Below are positions 7,395 to 16,375 of a stretch of DNA of 64,000 nt, piece by piece (position 1 is the stretch's first letter; the number at the start of each line of letters is the position of its first letter). Source of the DNA: Candidatus Parcubacteria bacterium. GTDB lineage: Bacteria; Patescibacteriota; Patescibacteriia; Patescibacteriales; UBA12075. A program made the translations under genes and the position numbers. The stretch covers positions 1,235-65,234 of the forward strand of contig PKTK01000002.1 in the NCBI GenBank assembly GCA_002869165.1, written 5' to 3'. The notes beneath the pieces were generated by a model, which saw only the letters and a program-made list of their open reading frames with translations, had not been told where the DNA came from and did not search any database.

Positions 7395-9572
7395 TTACAC
7401 TTCGGTCTTTCTTTCCTTGATAGGTAAAACAAAGGTGAAAGTAGTTCCCTTGTCTTCTCCTTCACTTTCAGCCCAGATCTTACCATCATGATATTCTATC
7501 ATTTGTTTGGCTACTAATAGTCCAAGTCCGGTTCCTTCGGTATGCTCTAGTGAAGCTGTTGTGCCACGAGAAAATTTCTTGAACATATTTGGCATATCAT
7601 CTTTGGATATCCCAATACCATTATCTTTTACAGAAAATACAAGTGCATTGTCTTTTTCTTTCAGGGTCACTACTACTCTACCTTTGTTTGTGTACTTAAC
7701 AGCATTGTCTATCAAATTCATAACAACTTGTCTGATCTTTTCCTCGTCAATCATTACTTTTGACAATGGTATATTGGGTTTTTTGAATTCTAGTTTAATT
7801 CCCTTGTCCTCAGCATTTCTTTTAATCTCCCAAATCACAGACTCAATCATCTTTTCAAGCTGAATCTCGGTATAGGTAAACTTAAGACGGCCCGATTCGA
7901 TGCGTGAAATATTAAGCAGATTTTCAACCAAACTAATAAGTCGTTCATTGGACTCAAACACTTTCTCAAGTGAATCACGAGATATATCCGGAAATTCACC
8001 GAAGCTCCCTTCCAGCATCATAGAAATATATCCTTTGATAACTGTAAGTGGAGTACGAAGTTGATGAGATGCAATAGAAATAAACTCTGACTTGGCAGCG
8101 TCTAGTTTCTTCAAACGTTCATTAGCCAAACGCAAATCCTTGGTAGCTTTCTTCACTTCTGCCTCCATGCGTTCACCAAAAGACCTAGTCTCTTCATAAA
8201 GCATAGCATTTTCAATCGCAATAGCCGACTGCGCAGATATAATGCTCAAAACTTGCAGATCTTCATCATTATACATATCCCCTGATTCTTTTTGGCCAAG
8301 CACCAATAACCCAACTATCTTATTCTTTACAATCAAAGGACACATTACATCAACATGGAAAGACTCAAGCAATTCAATTGTTTCTTTAGTTTTTTTGTTA
8401 CTATAAAGTGCTTTAAATTCAGAAACAACGATTGGTTGGTTATTCTTTACAAACATTTCATTCATATACTCATTCTCAGGAAAATTTACCCTTCTACCAA
8501 TATTAAAATTTACATTATACTTGGTACTGAAATGTTTCTTATCTTCTTCGTAGGTCAAAACACCAAAAGACTTAACGTGCATAGCTCCATCAATAGCTTT
8601 ATGAATATACTCATAGATCTGATTAATATCCAAAGTAGAACGAAGTCTCTCAGAAATATTTGCAATCACTTTTGAACTATCATAAAGAGATGAGAAGAAA
8701 TACTTATTAGCCACTCGAAAAGACCATTTTCTTACGCTTGGATAAACAGAAATAGCAACAGCTATCAAAGCCAAATCGATAAACAAAGAATATCCACTTA
8801 AAAATATTGAATCATAATATTTTATAATAAATGCAGGGACTAGCAATATTATAATTGATCCGAGCAATACCGAATATCTTCTCATTACGAATTTAATATC
8901 CATTAAGCGATGTTTGATAATTGAGTACACGAAAACAACTGGATATAAAACCACAAAAACATGCCCATAAGGAAGAATATCTATGTCATACCACAAAAAG
9001 AAATTTGTAGCTCCTCCTCCGAAGCCTAAAACTGTCCCAAGTATTACATATTTAATTTGTTCTCTCTTTAGGTTATTAGATTTTCGATATGCACTTACCA
9101 ATAAAGTTAAAGCATAAAAAGTTAAGCCAAAAAAGAAAAAAAATAAATAAAAGGAATACAAAAACCCAGCTTTTGGCCAAAAACTAAAAACACCCTTATA
9201 AGGCTCCACTGTTTTTACCATATAAGGAGAAAATGATAAAAACTCAAAAGGAATAACTAATACATAACAAAAAATTAAAAACTTTTTTAATTTTTTATTT
9301 AACTCAAGCAAAGAAACAATCCAATGAAAATAAAAAATTGGGATCAAGGTAGATCCTATCCCCAAAAAACGAGCCCAAAAAAGAGCCGAAGAATAATCAT
9401 TATAAACACTCAGCCATCTCCAATAAGCAATCATCCAAATAAAGGTGGCAAGTGTAAGGAGAAACAAAGTTTGATTGACAATATTTCTTTTATTCTTGTT
9501 TATAACAAGAACACCAAAAAATAAAGCAATAATAGCTGCTAACAAAGAATAAATTGATAAAAAATGTTGCAT
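7395..9572 (-). CDS. membrane sensor histidine kinase (multi-TM N-terminus, GAF, HisKA, HATPase_c)
   Basis: H-box SHQLRTPLT, N/G boxes DNAVKYT, DNGIGI, GTGLGL, and about 7 N-terminal hydrophobic helices. Confidence 0.88.
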   Translation of the reverse strand: MQHFLSIYSLLAAIIALFFGVLVINKNKRNIVNQTLFLLTLATFIWMIAYWRWLSVYNDYSSALFWARFLGIGSTLIPIFYFHWIVSLLELNKKLKKFLIFCYVLVIPFEFLSFSPYMVKTVEPYKGVFSFWPKAGFLYSFYLFFFFFGLTFYALTLLVSAYRKSNNLKREQIKYVILGTVLGFGGGATNFFLWYDIDILPYGHVFVVLYPVVFVYSIIKHRLMDIKFVMRRYSVLLGSIIILLVPAFIIKYYDSIFLSGYSLFIDLALIAVAISVYPSVRKWSFRVANKYFFSSLYDSSKVIANISERLRSTLDINQIYEYIHKAIDGAMHVKSFGVLTYEEDKKHFSTKYNVNFNIGRRVNFPENEYMNEMFVKNNQPIVVSEFKALYSNKKTKETIELLESFHVDVMCPLIVKNKIVGLLVLGQKESGDMYNDEDLQVLSIISAQSAIAIENAMLYEETRSFGERMEAEVKKATKDLRLANERLKKLDAAKSEFISIASHQLRTPLTVIKGYISMMLEGSFGEFPDISRDSLEKVFESNERLISLVENLLNISRIESGRLKFTYTEIQLEKMIESVIWEIKRNAEDKGIKLEFKKPNIPLSKVMIDEEKIRQVVMNLIDNAVKYTNKGRVVVTLKEKDNALVFSVKDNGIGISKDDMPNMFKKFSRGTTASLEHTEGTGLGLLVAKQMIEYHDGKIWAESEGEDKGTTFTFVLPIKERKTEV

Positions 9573-9622
9573 ATGTAATTCTTTATAAATTAATTATAAC
9601 ATTTTTAAATATTTTTTTAAAA

Positions 9623-9660
9623 TAAAAAAGCGACTAAAATCTTTTAATGATTTTAGTCGC
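9623..9660 (-). terminator. intrinsic terminator after the methyltransferase gene
   Basis: gcgactaaaatc / gattttagtcgc 12-bp stem with a T-run on the minus strand. Confidence 0.75.
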
Positions 9661-9666
9661 CAAGAA

Positions 9667-10701
9667 TTATTTACGACATACTGCAACCTGATGTATGCCT
9701 AGTGGCTCCAGATAAATTTCTGATTTACCACGAGAAAAACCTGCGTCATCAACAAGGGTTTTCATTTCATCTACTGTTCTGTAAATCATATTCCAAAGGA
9801 GCACCCAATCCAGAAATATCTTTTCTTTATTGGGAATTATATTGCAGGTAAGAAAAACTCCTGAAGCAGGAAGACCATTTTTAATAGCCTTAAACAAACG
9901 AGTCGCCATTGCGTCATCAAGATAATCAAGAAATCCAACCATCTCAACAATGTTTGGTTTAAATGTTTTCAGGTAAGTGAAAGCTCTAGCATATGAAGTC
10001 TTCACAAATTGGAAACAATTAACAATTCCCGCTTCCGTTGCTGCCTTCTTGGCTGCATCCAATGAATCCTGATTTACATCAATTAGAACTACATGAACAT
10101 CTTTATCTGGACACTTTTTGATTGCGGCAATAACCGCGTCAGCAGATCCAGAGGCAATTGAGAGAATTCGGGGATTCTCTTGCTTGGAAATTTCTACGGC
10201 CAAAAGGCCAATTACCATCTTAAGACGATTAGTAACCGCCTGACGATTTTCCATTTTTCCTATCCACCATTTTGTTATGAACCCCTCAAAATTATTCCCC
10301 AAATTAGGGAAAACCCTTTCTTGGTAGTGATAAAAAAGCTCCAAAGAATCACAAGTAGTTGCACCCCACTTTGCCTGAGCATTCCATTTGGAAAAGCCGT
10401 CAACAAACAAAGAAGAGACATGTTTTTTGTTTCTTCCAAGCTTATAGACTGTATAAGGAAAGCCTCGTTTTCTACATTTTTCATTTCTTGTTATCATAAG
10501 AAAGACCAAAAACCCATTTTTGATCATTGCTATGCAGCTAACAAACAAAAGAGTTAACTGATAAAACATACCTGTTTTATTACATTCTCCATTAATTTGC
10601 CCCGCACAAACTTCCGTCAACTGAATTTCTGTTGTAATACTATTTTTCTTTCTTTTGACACACCCTTCATTTCCGATACTAGTAACAATATTAGTAGCCA
10701 T
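9667..10701 (-). CDS. class I SAM-dependent methyltransferase with a Cys-containing, partly hydrophobic N-terminal extension
   Basis: Motif I ILSIASGSADAV, followed by VVLIDVN and VEMVGFLDYL. GAGGG lies 6 nt upstream of the ATG at 10701. The true start could be an internal Met. Confidence 0.7.
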   Translation of the reverse strand: MATNIVTSIGNEGCVKRKKNSITTEIQLTEVCAGQINGECNKTGMFYQLTLLFVSCIAMIKNGFLVFLMITRNEKCRKRGFPYTVYKLGRNKKHVSSLFVDGFSKWNAQAKWGATTCDSLELFYHYQERVFPNLGNNFEGFITKWWIGKMENRQAVTNRLKMVIGLLAVEISKQENPRILSIASGSADAVIAAIKKCPDKDVHVVLIDVNQDSLDAAKKAATEAGIVNCFQFVKTSYARAFTYLKTFKPNIVEMVGFLDYLDDAMATRLFKAIKNGLPASGVFLTCNIIPNKEKIFLDWVLLWNMIYRTVDEMKTLVDDAGFSRGKSEIYLEPLGIHQVAVCRK

Positions 10702-10838
10702 TTTTTCCCTCGCAAAATAATTTAATTTTAAACATCATTTTTTGTTTTTTACTACAAATAAAAAAAGTAAAAATATCTTCTAGCTACTTTTTACCCATTT
10801 TACTTATAATAAAAAGTGTTATTCTTATTAACACTTTT

Positions 10839-10867
10839 ATACTATCACTTTTCAACAATTTTGTCAA
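10839..10867 (-). promoter_or_regulatory. sigma70-like promoter for the methyltransferase gene
   Basis: Minus strand reads TTGACA, a 17-nt spacer, then TAGTAT. Confidence 0.5.
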
Positions 10868-11050
10868 TAGATTTATTAAAAAATCCTAATAAACAACAAA
10901 AAAACAGCTATAATTAGCTGTTTTCTTTATCATATTTTAATTAATCTTACTTTAAATTTATTTTATTTCATTATACATAAAAATCCTCGATAATTATAAT
11001 TCAATAATGCACATGCAATCTATTGGTGTTTTCAATCCCCTGATTTTCAT

Positions 11051-11079
11051 AAAATAAAAAGAGCAGTAAAAACTGCTCT
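11051..11079 (-). terminator. intrinsic terminator ending the peptide-rSAM-GT operon
   Basis: agagcagt / actgctct stem followed by TTTTTATTTT on the minus strand, 5 nt after the GT stop. Confidence 0.75.
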
Positions 11080-11083
11080 TAAT

Positions 11084-12259
11084 TTAAAATAAACGATTAA
11101 TAAATCGACAAACATCATCTACTGGCTTATATGCTCTAGATTCAATTTCCTTTTTCCAATATAAAACATTTTCAGAACATTCACCATCTTCAATCTTTTT
11201 TATAGCGCTAATTAAAGTATCTGGGCTAATTTCTTCAGGAGTTAAAACTAAAGCGCATCCAATTTTTTCTACATTTCTTGCATTATACTCTCTTTCTGCA
11301 AAAGTAGGAATGATAATACTTGTAATACCATTTTTTAAAGCTGTCAAACAGGCTCCGTGACCACCGTGATGTATCATTATTTTACATTTTTTAATAATAT
11401 CAGATTCGGATACCCATTTTTCAATCTTCACATTTTCAGAAACATTAAAATCTGAATAACTAAACCCACCTACCGACACAACTGCCTTGTTCTGGATTTT
11501 TTGGAGAGCCGGGAGAACGTTAGTCATTATCAAATTACCAGAATCTCCTCCCAAATCCTTTGGTCTACCAGGATATACAAAAATCATATCCTTTTCACTT
11601 AAAGAAGAACTATAATCATCTCCTGAGATAATATCATTACCAAGCATTGGTCCCACATAGCAACTATCACTTTTAATAGAGAGAGGATCAACTTCTGGGA
11701 TACTAGGAATTACAGTGATATCTCCCAACTGAATATCCTCAACTTTCTCAATTGAATCTAGGCCATTACTTGATAAAATGCCATTTATACTTTCAGTTAC
11801 TTTTGGCAAAAAGTCTGGAGCTTTTTTCCAATAAACTATATATTTACTTTTACGATTCTGGTGAAAACACGACTGAACAACTGACAAGATAGGAATATTT
11901 AACACTTTGCCTGCCAACATTGCGCTAGTATTAAAATCTACAACCAAAACGTCTGGCTTTATAGTTTTTATAGCCTGAACATACGCCTTGTGCCTTGCAA
12001 AAACAAAATCTCTATCAGACCAATTAAAATCATACAATAACTGATCAAGTGTCCACCAGTCTTGTTTTGGCTCGCCCTTTTGGGGTATGCTAATTGGTGA
12101 GTGAACTTTATAGCCCGCTCTCTTCAAATGATCTACAATGCTTTTCCCACTTACATGAAAAACACTCTTAATGCCATTTTTTTTCAGTTGTTCAGCGACT
12201 GGAAGAGCCCTTATAACTGGCCCCCAACCTGCGCTTAACATGAAATAAACTTTTTTCAT
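11084..12259 (-). CDS. GT1-family (MGT/UDP-glycosyltransferase-like, GT-B) glycosyltransferase
   Basis: C-terminal donor-binding signature HHGGHGACLTALKNGITSIIIPTFAEREYNARNVEKIGCALVL. Its ATG overlaps the rSAM stop (ATGA, 12256-12259). Confidence 0.8.
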   Translation of the reverse strand: MKKVYFMLSAGWGPVIRALPVAEQLKKNGIKSVFHVSGKSIVDHLKRAGYKVHSPISIPQKGEPKQDWWTLDQLLYDFNWSDRDFVFARHKAYVQAIKTIKPDVLVVDFNTSAMLAGKVLNIPILSVVQSCFHQNRKSKYIVYWKKAPDFLPKVTESINGILSSNGLDSIEKVEDIQLGDITVIPSIPEVDPLSIKSDSCYVGPMLGNDIISGDDYSSSLSEKDMIFVYPGRPKDLGGDSGNLIMTNVLPALQKIQNKAVVSVGGFSYSDFNVSENVKIEKWVSESDIIKKCKIMIHHGGHGACLTALKNGITSIIIPTFAEREYNARNVEKIGCALVLTPEEISPDTLISAIKKIEDGECSENVLYWKKEIESRAYKPVDDVCRFINRLF

Positions 12260-13653
12260 ATTTCACTCCTATCATTAATAAATTTAACTCCATAATCACT
12301 TAGTATTGGTAATATCCTCTCAACAAACATCTTATACCTTTCACAAGATTGCTTGTCTTTTGAGTTAATATCTTTAGCTACTAAACGACATCCTACACCG
12401 CAAAATTCAAGCAAATCACAATAAAGACATTCGCTAATATTTTTGATTGGATTATTTTTCATGACTTGCATCTCTTTGCTTTGCCATATTTTTTCTATCC
12501 CAATATCAAAAACATTACCGAAGCTTTTATTCCAACTAGTACAAAACTGCACATTACCATTTGGCTCAACACTACACGCATTTTGCTTATAATCACACAT
12601 CACATTTTCACCAGAAAATATATATGCGGTTTTATCTACCAACATATTTGTGTTAAAAAAACTCTCGACATTTAAAAGCATTTCACTTCCTGCTTGTCTA
12701 TCAATAATATGCTTTCTTATAAGACCCACATATTCATCAAATAGACTTTCGCCACCTACAACCAAAAAATGATTGTCTTTTAAATTTCCAACCAGTCGAC
12801 CAGAAGTCAGTCTCCATCTATCAATTCGAAGACCTAGTAAATAATCATACCAAGCTGCCAAATCCCTAAAATTCTCAGAAGAAATTAAACTATTTACTGA
12901 TATTTTGTAACTAGCGCCTGTTTTCTCACGAATAGACACCATTTTTTTGATAAAACTTACAGTTTTATCAAAAGAACCTCTCCCTCTGTTTTTATCATGT
13001 AGTTCTCTATTGGGGCCATCTAAACTTATATAAAAAGTGGTGGAAATATTTTTATCAATAATAATCGCCACTACCTCTTCTACTATTTTAGACCATATTG
13101 TACCATTTGTGAATATTGCCCCTAATAACATTTCTTCTTTAACAATAGACTTCAATATGTTGGGGAGTGATTTTTCTAGCATAGGTTCGCCACCGCTAAT
13201 GGCTACATTGTACACACCAAAATTTGACAACTCTTTTATTAATCCAATCCACATATGACCATCAACAACTTTGCCAATATTTAGTTTTTCTCCCCTAAAA
13301 CAATGCCGACAAAAATTAGCTAAATTACATCTATTAGTAATATCTAGATGCACTTCTCTTAGCCATGGTTGCTGAGAACATAGTTTAACGGTTATTTCTC
13401 TGTGCTTTTTTATCGGAAGCATTTTAATTATTTCCTCGCTAATAAATAGATCCAAAAAACTCATCAAATCATCTATGTTAACATCAAATTTTTTAGCTAT
13501 TCTAGATACATTATTACTACCATTACAAGCTAATATTATATCTACAAATAAGCTATCTCTCAAAGGGATTATTCTAAACTTTTTTGTATCGACTATATAT
13601 TGATCTCCCTCTGCGCCCCTAATTACAAAACAATCCTTTACCCTTGGATACAC
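12256..13653 (-). CDS. radical SAM / SPASM-domain peptide maturase with an N-terminal RRE(PqqD)-like domain
   Basis: Cluster CNLANFCRHC (CX5CX2C), GGEP, and C-terminal Cys clusters CDYKQNACSVEPNGNVQFC and CLYCDLLEFCGVGC (SPASM). The N-terminal ~90 aa (IVDTKKFRIIPLRDSLFVDIILACNGSNNVSRIAKKFDVNIDDLMSFLDLFISEEII) looks like a winged-helix RRE. I place the start at GTG 13653, preceded by AAAGGAGG. The track start at 13686 lies inside the terminator hairpin. Confidence 0.8.
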   Translation of the reverse strand: MYPRVKDCFVIRGAEGDQYIVDTKKFRIIPLRDSLFVDIILACNGSNNVSRIAKKFDVNIDDLMSFLDLFISEEIIKMLPIKKHREITVKLCSQQPWLREVHLDITNRCNLANFCRHCFRGEKLNIGKVVDGHMWIGLIKELSNFGVYNVAISGGEPMLEKSLPNILKSIVKEEMLLGAIFTNGTIWSKIVEEVVAIIIDKNISTTFYISLDGPNRELHDKNRGRGSFDKTVSFIKKMVSIREKTGASYKISVNSLISSENFRDLAAWYDYLLGLRIDRWRLTSGRLVGNLKDNHFLVVGGESLFDEYVGLIRKHIIDRQAGSEMLLNVESFFNTNMLVDKTAYIFSGENVMCDYKQNACSVEPNGNVQFCTSWNKSFGNVFDIGIEKIWQSKEMQVMKNNPIKNISECLYCDLLEFCGVGCRLVAKDINSKDKQSCERYKMFVERILPILSDYGVKFINDRSEI

Positions 13654-13668
13654 TTTATTCCTCCTTTT

Positions 13669-13698
13669 AAAAAAGCCACACCTCAAAAAAGGTGTGGC
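13669..13698 (-). terminator. intrinsic (probably leaky) terminator between the peptide gene and the maturase gene
   Basis: Minus strand reads GCCACACC-ttttttga-GGTGTGGC followed by TTTTTT. It starts 8 nt after the peptide stop. Confidence 0.75.
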
Positions 13699-13706
13699 AA
13701 ATTTTG

Positions 13707-13814
13707 TTAATCCTGATCCATGTCCACTGAAGCATGTGTGCGTTTTTTTATTTTAATAACACGCAACTTAAAGTTTTTAAGCTTTTTGTTTTTTTCTGTT
13801 CTTTTCAAAATCAT
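13707..13814 (-). CDS. candidate RiPP precursor peptide (35 aa)
   Basis: My own translation: MILKRTEKNKKLKNFKLRVIKIKKRTHASVDMDQD, with TAA at 13709-13707. AAAGGAGG lies immediately upstream; the TTG two codons in has better SD spacing. The position and the downstream leaky terminator are typical of precursor genes. The core is uncertain (see the A7-tract finding). Confidence 0.5.
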   Translation of the reverse strand: MILKRTEKNKKLKNFKLRVIKIKKRTHASVDMDQD

Positions 13815-13898
13815 CACCTCCTTTTCTTAAGTCTGTGTTTGCTTATAATTATTTAATTATGCAAACTTTTATCTATAATGTTAATGACCATTGGCTGA

Positions 13899-13927
13899 AT
13901 ATTACACTATTATCAAACAAAAGTCAA
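13899..13927 (-). promoter_or_regulatory. sigma70-like promoter of the peptide-rSAM-GT operon
   Basis: Minus strand reads TTGACT, a 17-nt spacer, then TAATAT, about 85 nt upstream of the peptide ATG. Confidence 0.55.
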
Positions 13928-13989
13928 CCTATAACAGTGATAACATTTTTCAAAAAAACACCTATAATCAAATCATTATAAAATATAAA

Positions 13990-15351
13990 TTACCTTAAAT
14001 TCTCCTCAAAAAACTTATCCAATTCATCCATTTTCACCCTACTTTGCTCCATAGTATCCCTATCTCTTACAGTTACACTTCCCTCTTCCAGTCCATCAAA
14101 GTCTACTGTTACGCAGTATGGAGTACCGATCTCGTCTTGTCTGCGGTAGCGTTTGCCAATATTACCATTGTCATCAAATTCGCAAGTGAATTTCTTGCTC
14201 AATTCTCCTAATATTTCCTTGGCCTTGGCTACTAGGTCTGGTTTATTTTTTAGAAGTGGAAATACTGCTACCTTGATAGGAGCTATATTTTTTGGAAACT
14301 TCATTACTACTCTATCCTCTTCTTCTGTATAGGCAGCGGTCATTGCAACTAGAACCGATCTATCCAAACCAAAGGTTGGCTCAAGAACGTGTGGAACGTA
14401 TCTGCGATTATTGACCGCATCGAAATATTCAAGCTTTTGATTGGAAAACTTGGAATGTTGTGTGAGATCAAAGTCGGATCTATGAGCTAGACCAGTGATC
14501 TCACCCCAACCAAAAGAAAATTTATATTCTAAATCAACTGTTTTTTGTGAGTAATGAGAAAGTTTGTCTTTGGGGTGTTCGTATCTTCTTAGATTTTCCT
14601 TGTCTACCCCTATAGAAATCAAAAACTCTTCCTGTTTGTCCAGCCATTCATTGAAAAGTGGCTCCCATTTCATTTCTGGATCAATAAAATATTCAATCTC
14701 CATTTGCTCAAATTCCCGAATTCTAAAAATAAAATTCCTTGCTACAATTTCATTACGAAAAGCCTTGCCAATTTGTGCTATACCAAAAGGTACTTTTACC
14801 CTCATAGAATCTGTCACATTTTTAAAATCTACAAAAATAGCTCCAGCAGTTTCTGGTCGCAAATATACTGGTTCATTAATCCCGTTCATTTCGGTCTTGA
14901 ACATCATGTTTAGATTTCTGGCTTCAGTGAAATCCTTGCCTCCGCATTCGGGACACTTATATTCACCTGATTGAAGTATCTTGGTCATCTCATCAAGTTG
15001 TCCTTCTAGATCCTGACCAGTTAATTCCTCAACCAAATGATCTGCCCTAAATCTTTTTTTACATTTTTTACAATCAACCATCGCATCATTGAAACCATCG
15101 GTATGACCAGAGGCTTGCCAAAGCTTAGGATGAAGTAATATTGGTCCATCGATTCCTACCATGTCTGCTCGCTCTTTGACAAACATACTCCACCAAGCAT
15201 CTTTGATATTCTTTTTTAATTCAGCTCCATAAGGCCCATAAGAATAAGCATTGGCAAATCCTCCATAGATCTCACAAGCTGGAAAAATAAAACCACGTCG
15301 TTTAGAAAACGAAACGATTTTTTGCATGGTGTCTTGTTTTTTTTCGCTCAT
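13990..15351 (-). CDS. glyQS: glycine--tRNA ligase (dimeric class II type)
   Basis: MSEKKQDTMQKIVSFSKRRGFIFPACEIYGG..., plus a zinc-ribbon-like insert and a C-terminal anticodon-binding domain. The 73 extra N-terminal codons in the track are the translated T-box and MITE leader. Confidence 0.92.
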   Translation of the reverse strand: MSEKKQDTMQKIVSFSKRRGFIFPACEIYGGFANAYSYGPYGAELKKNIKDAWWSMFVKERADMVGIDGPILLHPKLWQASGHTDGFNDAMVDCKKCKKRFRADHLVEELTGQDLEGQLDEMTKILQSGEYKCPECGGKDFTEARNLNMMFKTEMNGINEPVYLRPETAGAIFVDFKNVTDSMRVKVPFGIAQIGKAFRNEIVARNFIFRIREFEQMEIEYFIDPEMKWEPLFNEWLDKQEEFLISIGVDKENLRRYEHPKDKLSHYSQKTVDLEYKFSFGWGEITGLAHRSDFDLTQHSKFSNQKLEYFDAVNNRRYVPHVLEPTFGLDRSVLVAMTAAYTEEEDRVVMKFPKNIAPIKVAVFPLLKNKPDLVAKAKEILGELSKKFTCEFDDNGNIGKRYRRQDEIGTPYCVTVDFDGLEEGSVTVRDRDTMEQSRVKMDELDKFFEENLR

Positions 15352-15361
15352 ATATCTTGCT

Positions 15362-15472
15362 TTGTCATTCTGGGGCTTCATAGCGGAGCGGAGAAGAACC
15401 CGGAATCCAGATACGTTATTGAATGGTGGATCCCGGGTTCCTTCCGTTTCACTCCAGGACCCAGGATGACAA
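15362..15472. mobile_element. 111-bp GC-rich palindromic MITE-like element (TTGTCAT...ATGACAA) in the glyQS leader
   Basis: Terminal inverted repeats ttgtcattctggg / cccaggatgacaa and inner arms gaagaacccggaatcca / tggatcccgggttccttc. It sits between the T-box terminator and the start codon. Confidence 0.7.
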
Positions 15473-15484
15473 ATAATAATTAAT

Positions 15485-15645
15485 AAAAAAACTCGTTCTA
15501 AGAATCTATTATAAAATAGATTGCTAGAACGAGATTTCTCGCGGTTCCATCTAGCTTCCCTGTCTATCAACAGGGCACCTTGATCTCTAGTAGCTTATCC
15601 ATCTGGAATAAGGGCGCCAATCTCCTCACATAACTACTTATTAAT
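15485..15645 (-). promoter_or_regulatory. T-box riboswitch leader of glyQS
   Basis: Minus strand reads AGCUAGAUGGAACCGCGAGA (T-box; the UGGA bulge fits the UCCA end of tRNA-Gly). GCUAGA can pair with UCUAGC of the terminator 5' arm to form the antiterminator. The terminator is CUCGUUCUAGCAAUCUAUU / AUAGAUUCUUAGAACGAG plus U7. GGC and GGU triplets occur in the stem I region. Confidence 0.8.
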
Positions 15646-15767
15646 TTTTCACCTAAATACTATTATACGGATTTTAGGCATTTTGTCAACTCACATATCT
15701 ATATAACTCAAAAATGACAATTTATTTAAAAAATGCTACAATTCTATTATATAAATAAAATAATTTT

Positions 15768-16334
15768 ATGGCTAATTTTGAACAACAACAACAAAATATC
15801 AAGGAGAAAATTACTAGCGACAAAGAAGCTTGGCAAAAAAATGAAAACAATGTTCTGACTGATTATATGAATAATTTCGCCAAAGAAACTAGCCCAAGTC
15901 TTGCTAATAGAATTTTTCAAAAATTAAAAGAAGAAAAAGCAAGTACAGGAAATATTACTGAAAAAAGCATATTAGATGAGGCTAAACTAATGTTCAACAA
16001 ATTAAATACACCTGACTCAAAAATGAGCGAAGAAGAGCTAATCAATATCATCATGAAGAAAAAATTTCCAGCTCCTGAAGATATGAATCAAAAAGAAATA
16101 CTGGACAAAGAGTTTACTGATATTGAAGCTACTTACAATGCATTGGTCAAAAATTCCAGCATCGAAGAATTGGAACTTCTAAGAAAAAGAATAGCTGAAC
16201 TAGATTCTGGACTCAAAAGCACACCAGAAATAAAAAAAGAGTCAATGAAACAGATCGTTCCCTTGGCTCAAATGGATAAGAATATTGAACAAAGACTAGA
16301 CAATCTAAAAGAGAACATCCAACAAGCTATCTAA
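15768..16334 (+). CDS. hypothetical coiled-coil protein
   Basis: Long ORF on the otherwise rarely used plus strand. Charged heptad-like composition. Followed by a bidirectional terminator. Confidence 0.55.
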   Translation: MANFEQQQQNIKEKITSDKEAWQKNENNVLTDYMNNFAKETSPSLANRIFQKLKEEKASTGNITEKSILDEAKLMFNKLNTPDSKMSEEELINIIMKKKFPAPEDMNQKEILDKEFTDIEATYNALVKNSSIEELELLRKRIAELDSGLKSTPEIKKESMKQIVPLAQMDKNIEQRLDNLKENIQQAI

Positions 16335-16342
16335 AATATTAT

Positions 16343-16375
16343 AAAAAAAGCATGATACAAATCATGCTTTTTTGT
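16343..16375. terminator. bidirectional terminator
   Basis: agcatgat / atcatgct stem between an A-run and a T-run. It overlaps the TGA stop of 16362..16760. Confidence 0.7.

Noticed and set aside
10994-11050. 18-codon Cys-containing ORF (MKIRGLKTPIDCMCIIEL) downstream of the GT gene as an alternative precursor
   Set aside because: It has no Shine-Dalgarno sequence, starts inside the T-run of the operon terminator and sits outside the promoter-to-terminator unit.
13990-15570. The 526-aa form of the glyQS ORF given in the track
   Set aside because: The first 73 codons translate the T-box terminator and the GC-rich MITE (..ICHPGSWSETEGTRDPPF..). The conserved GlyRS N-terminus starts at MSEKKQ (15351).
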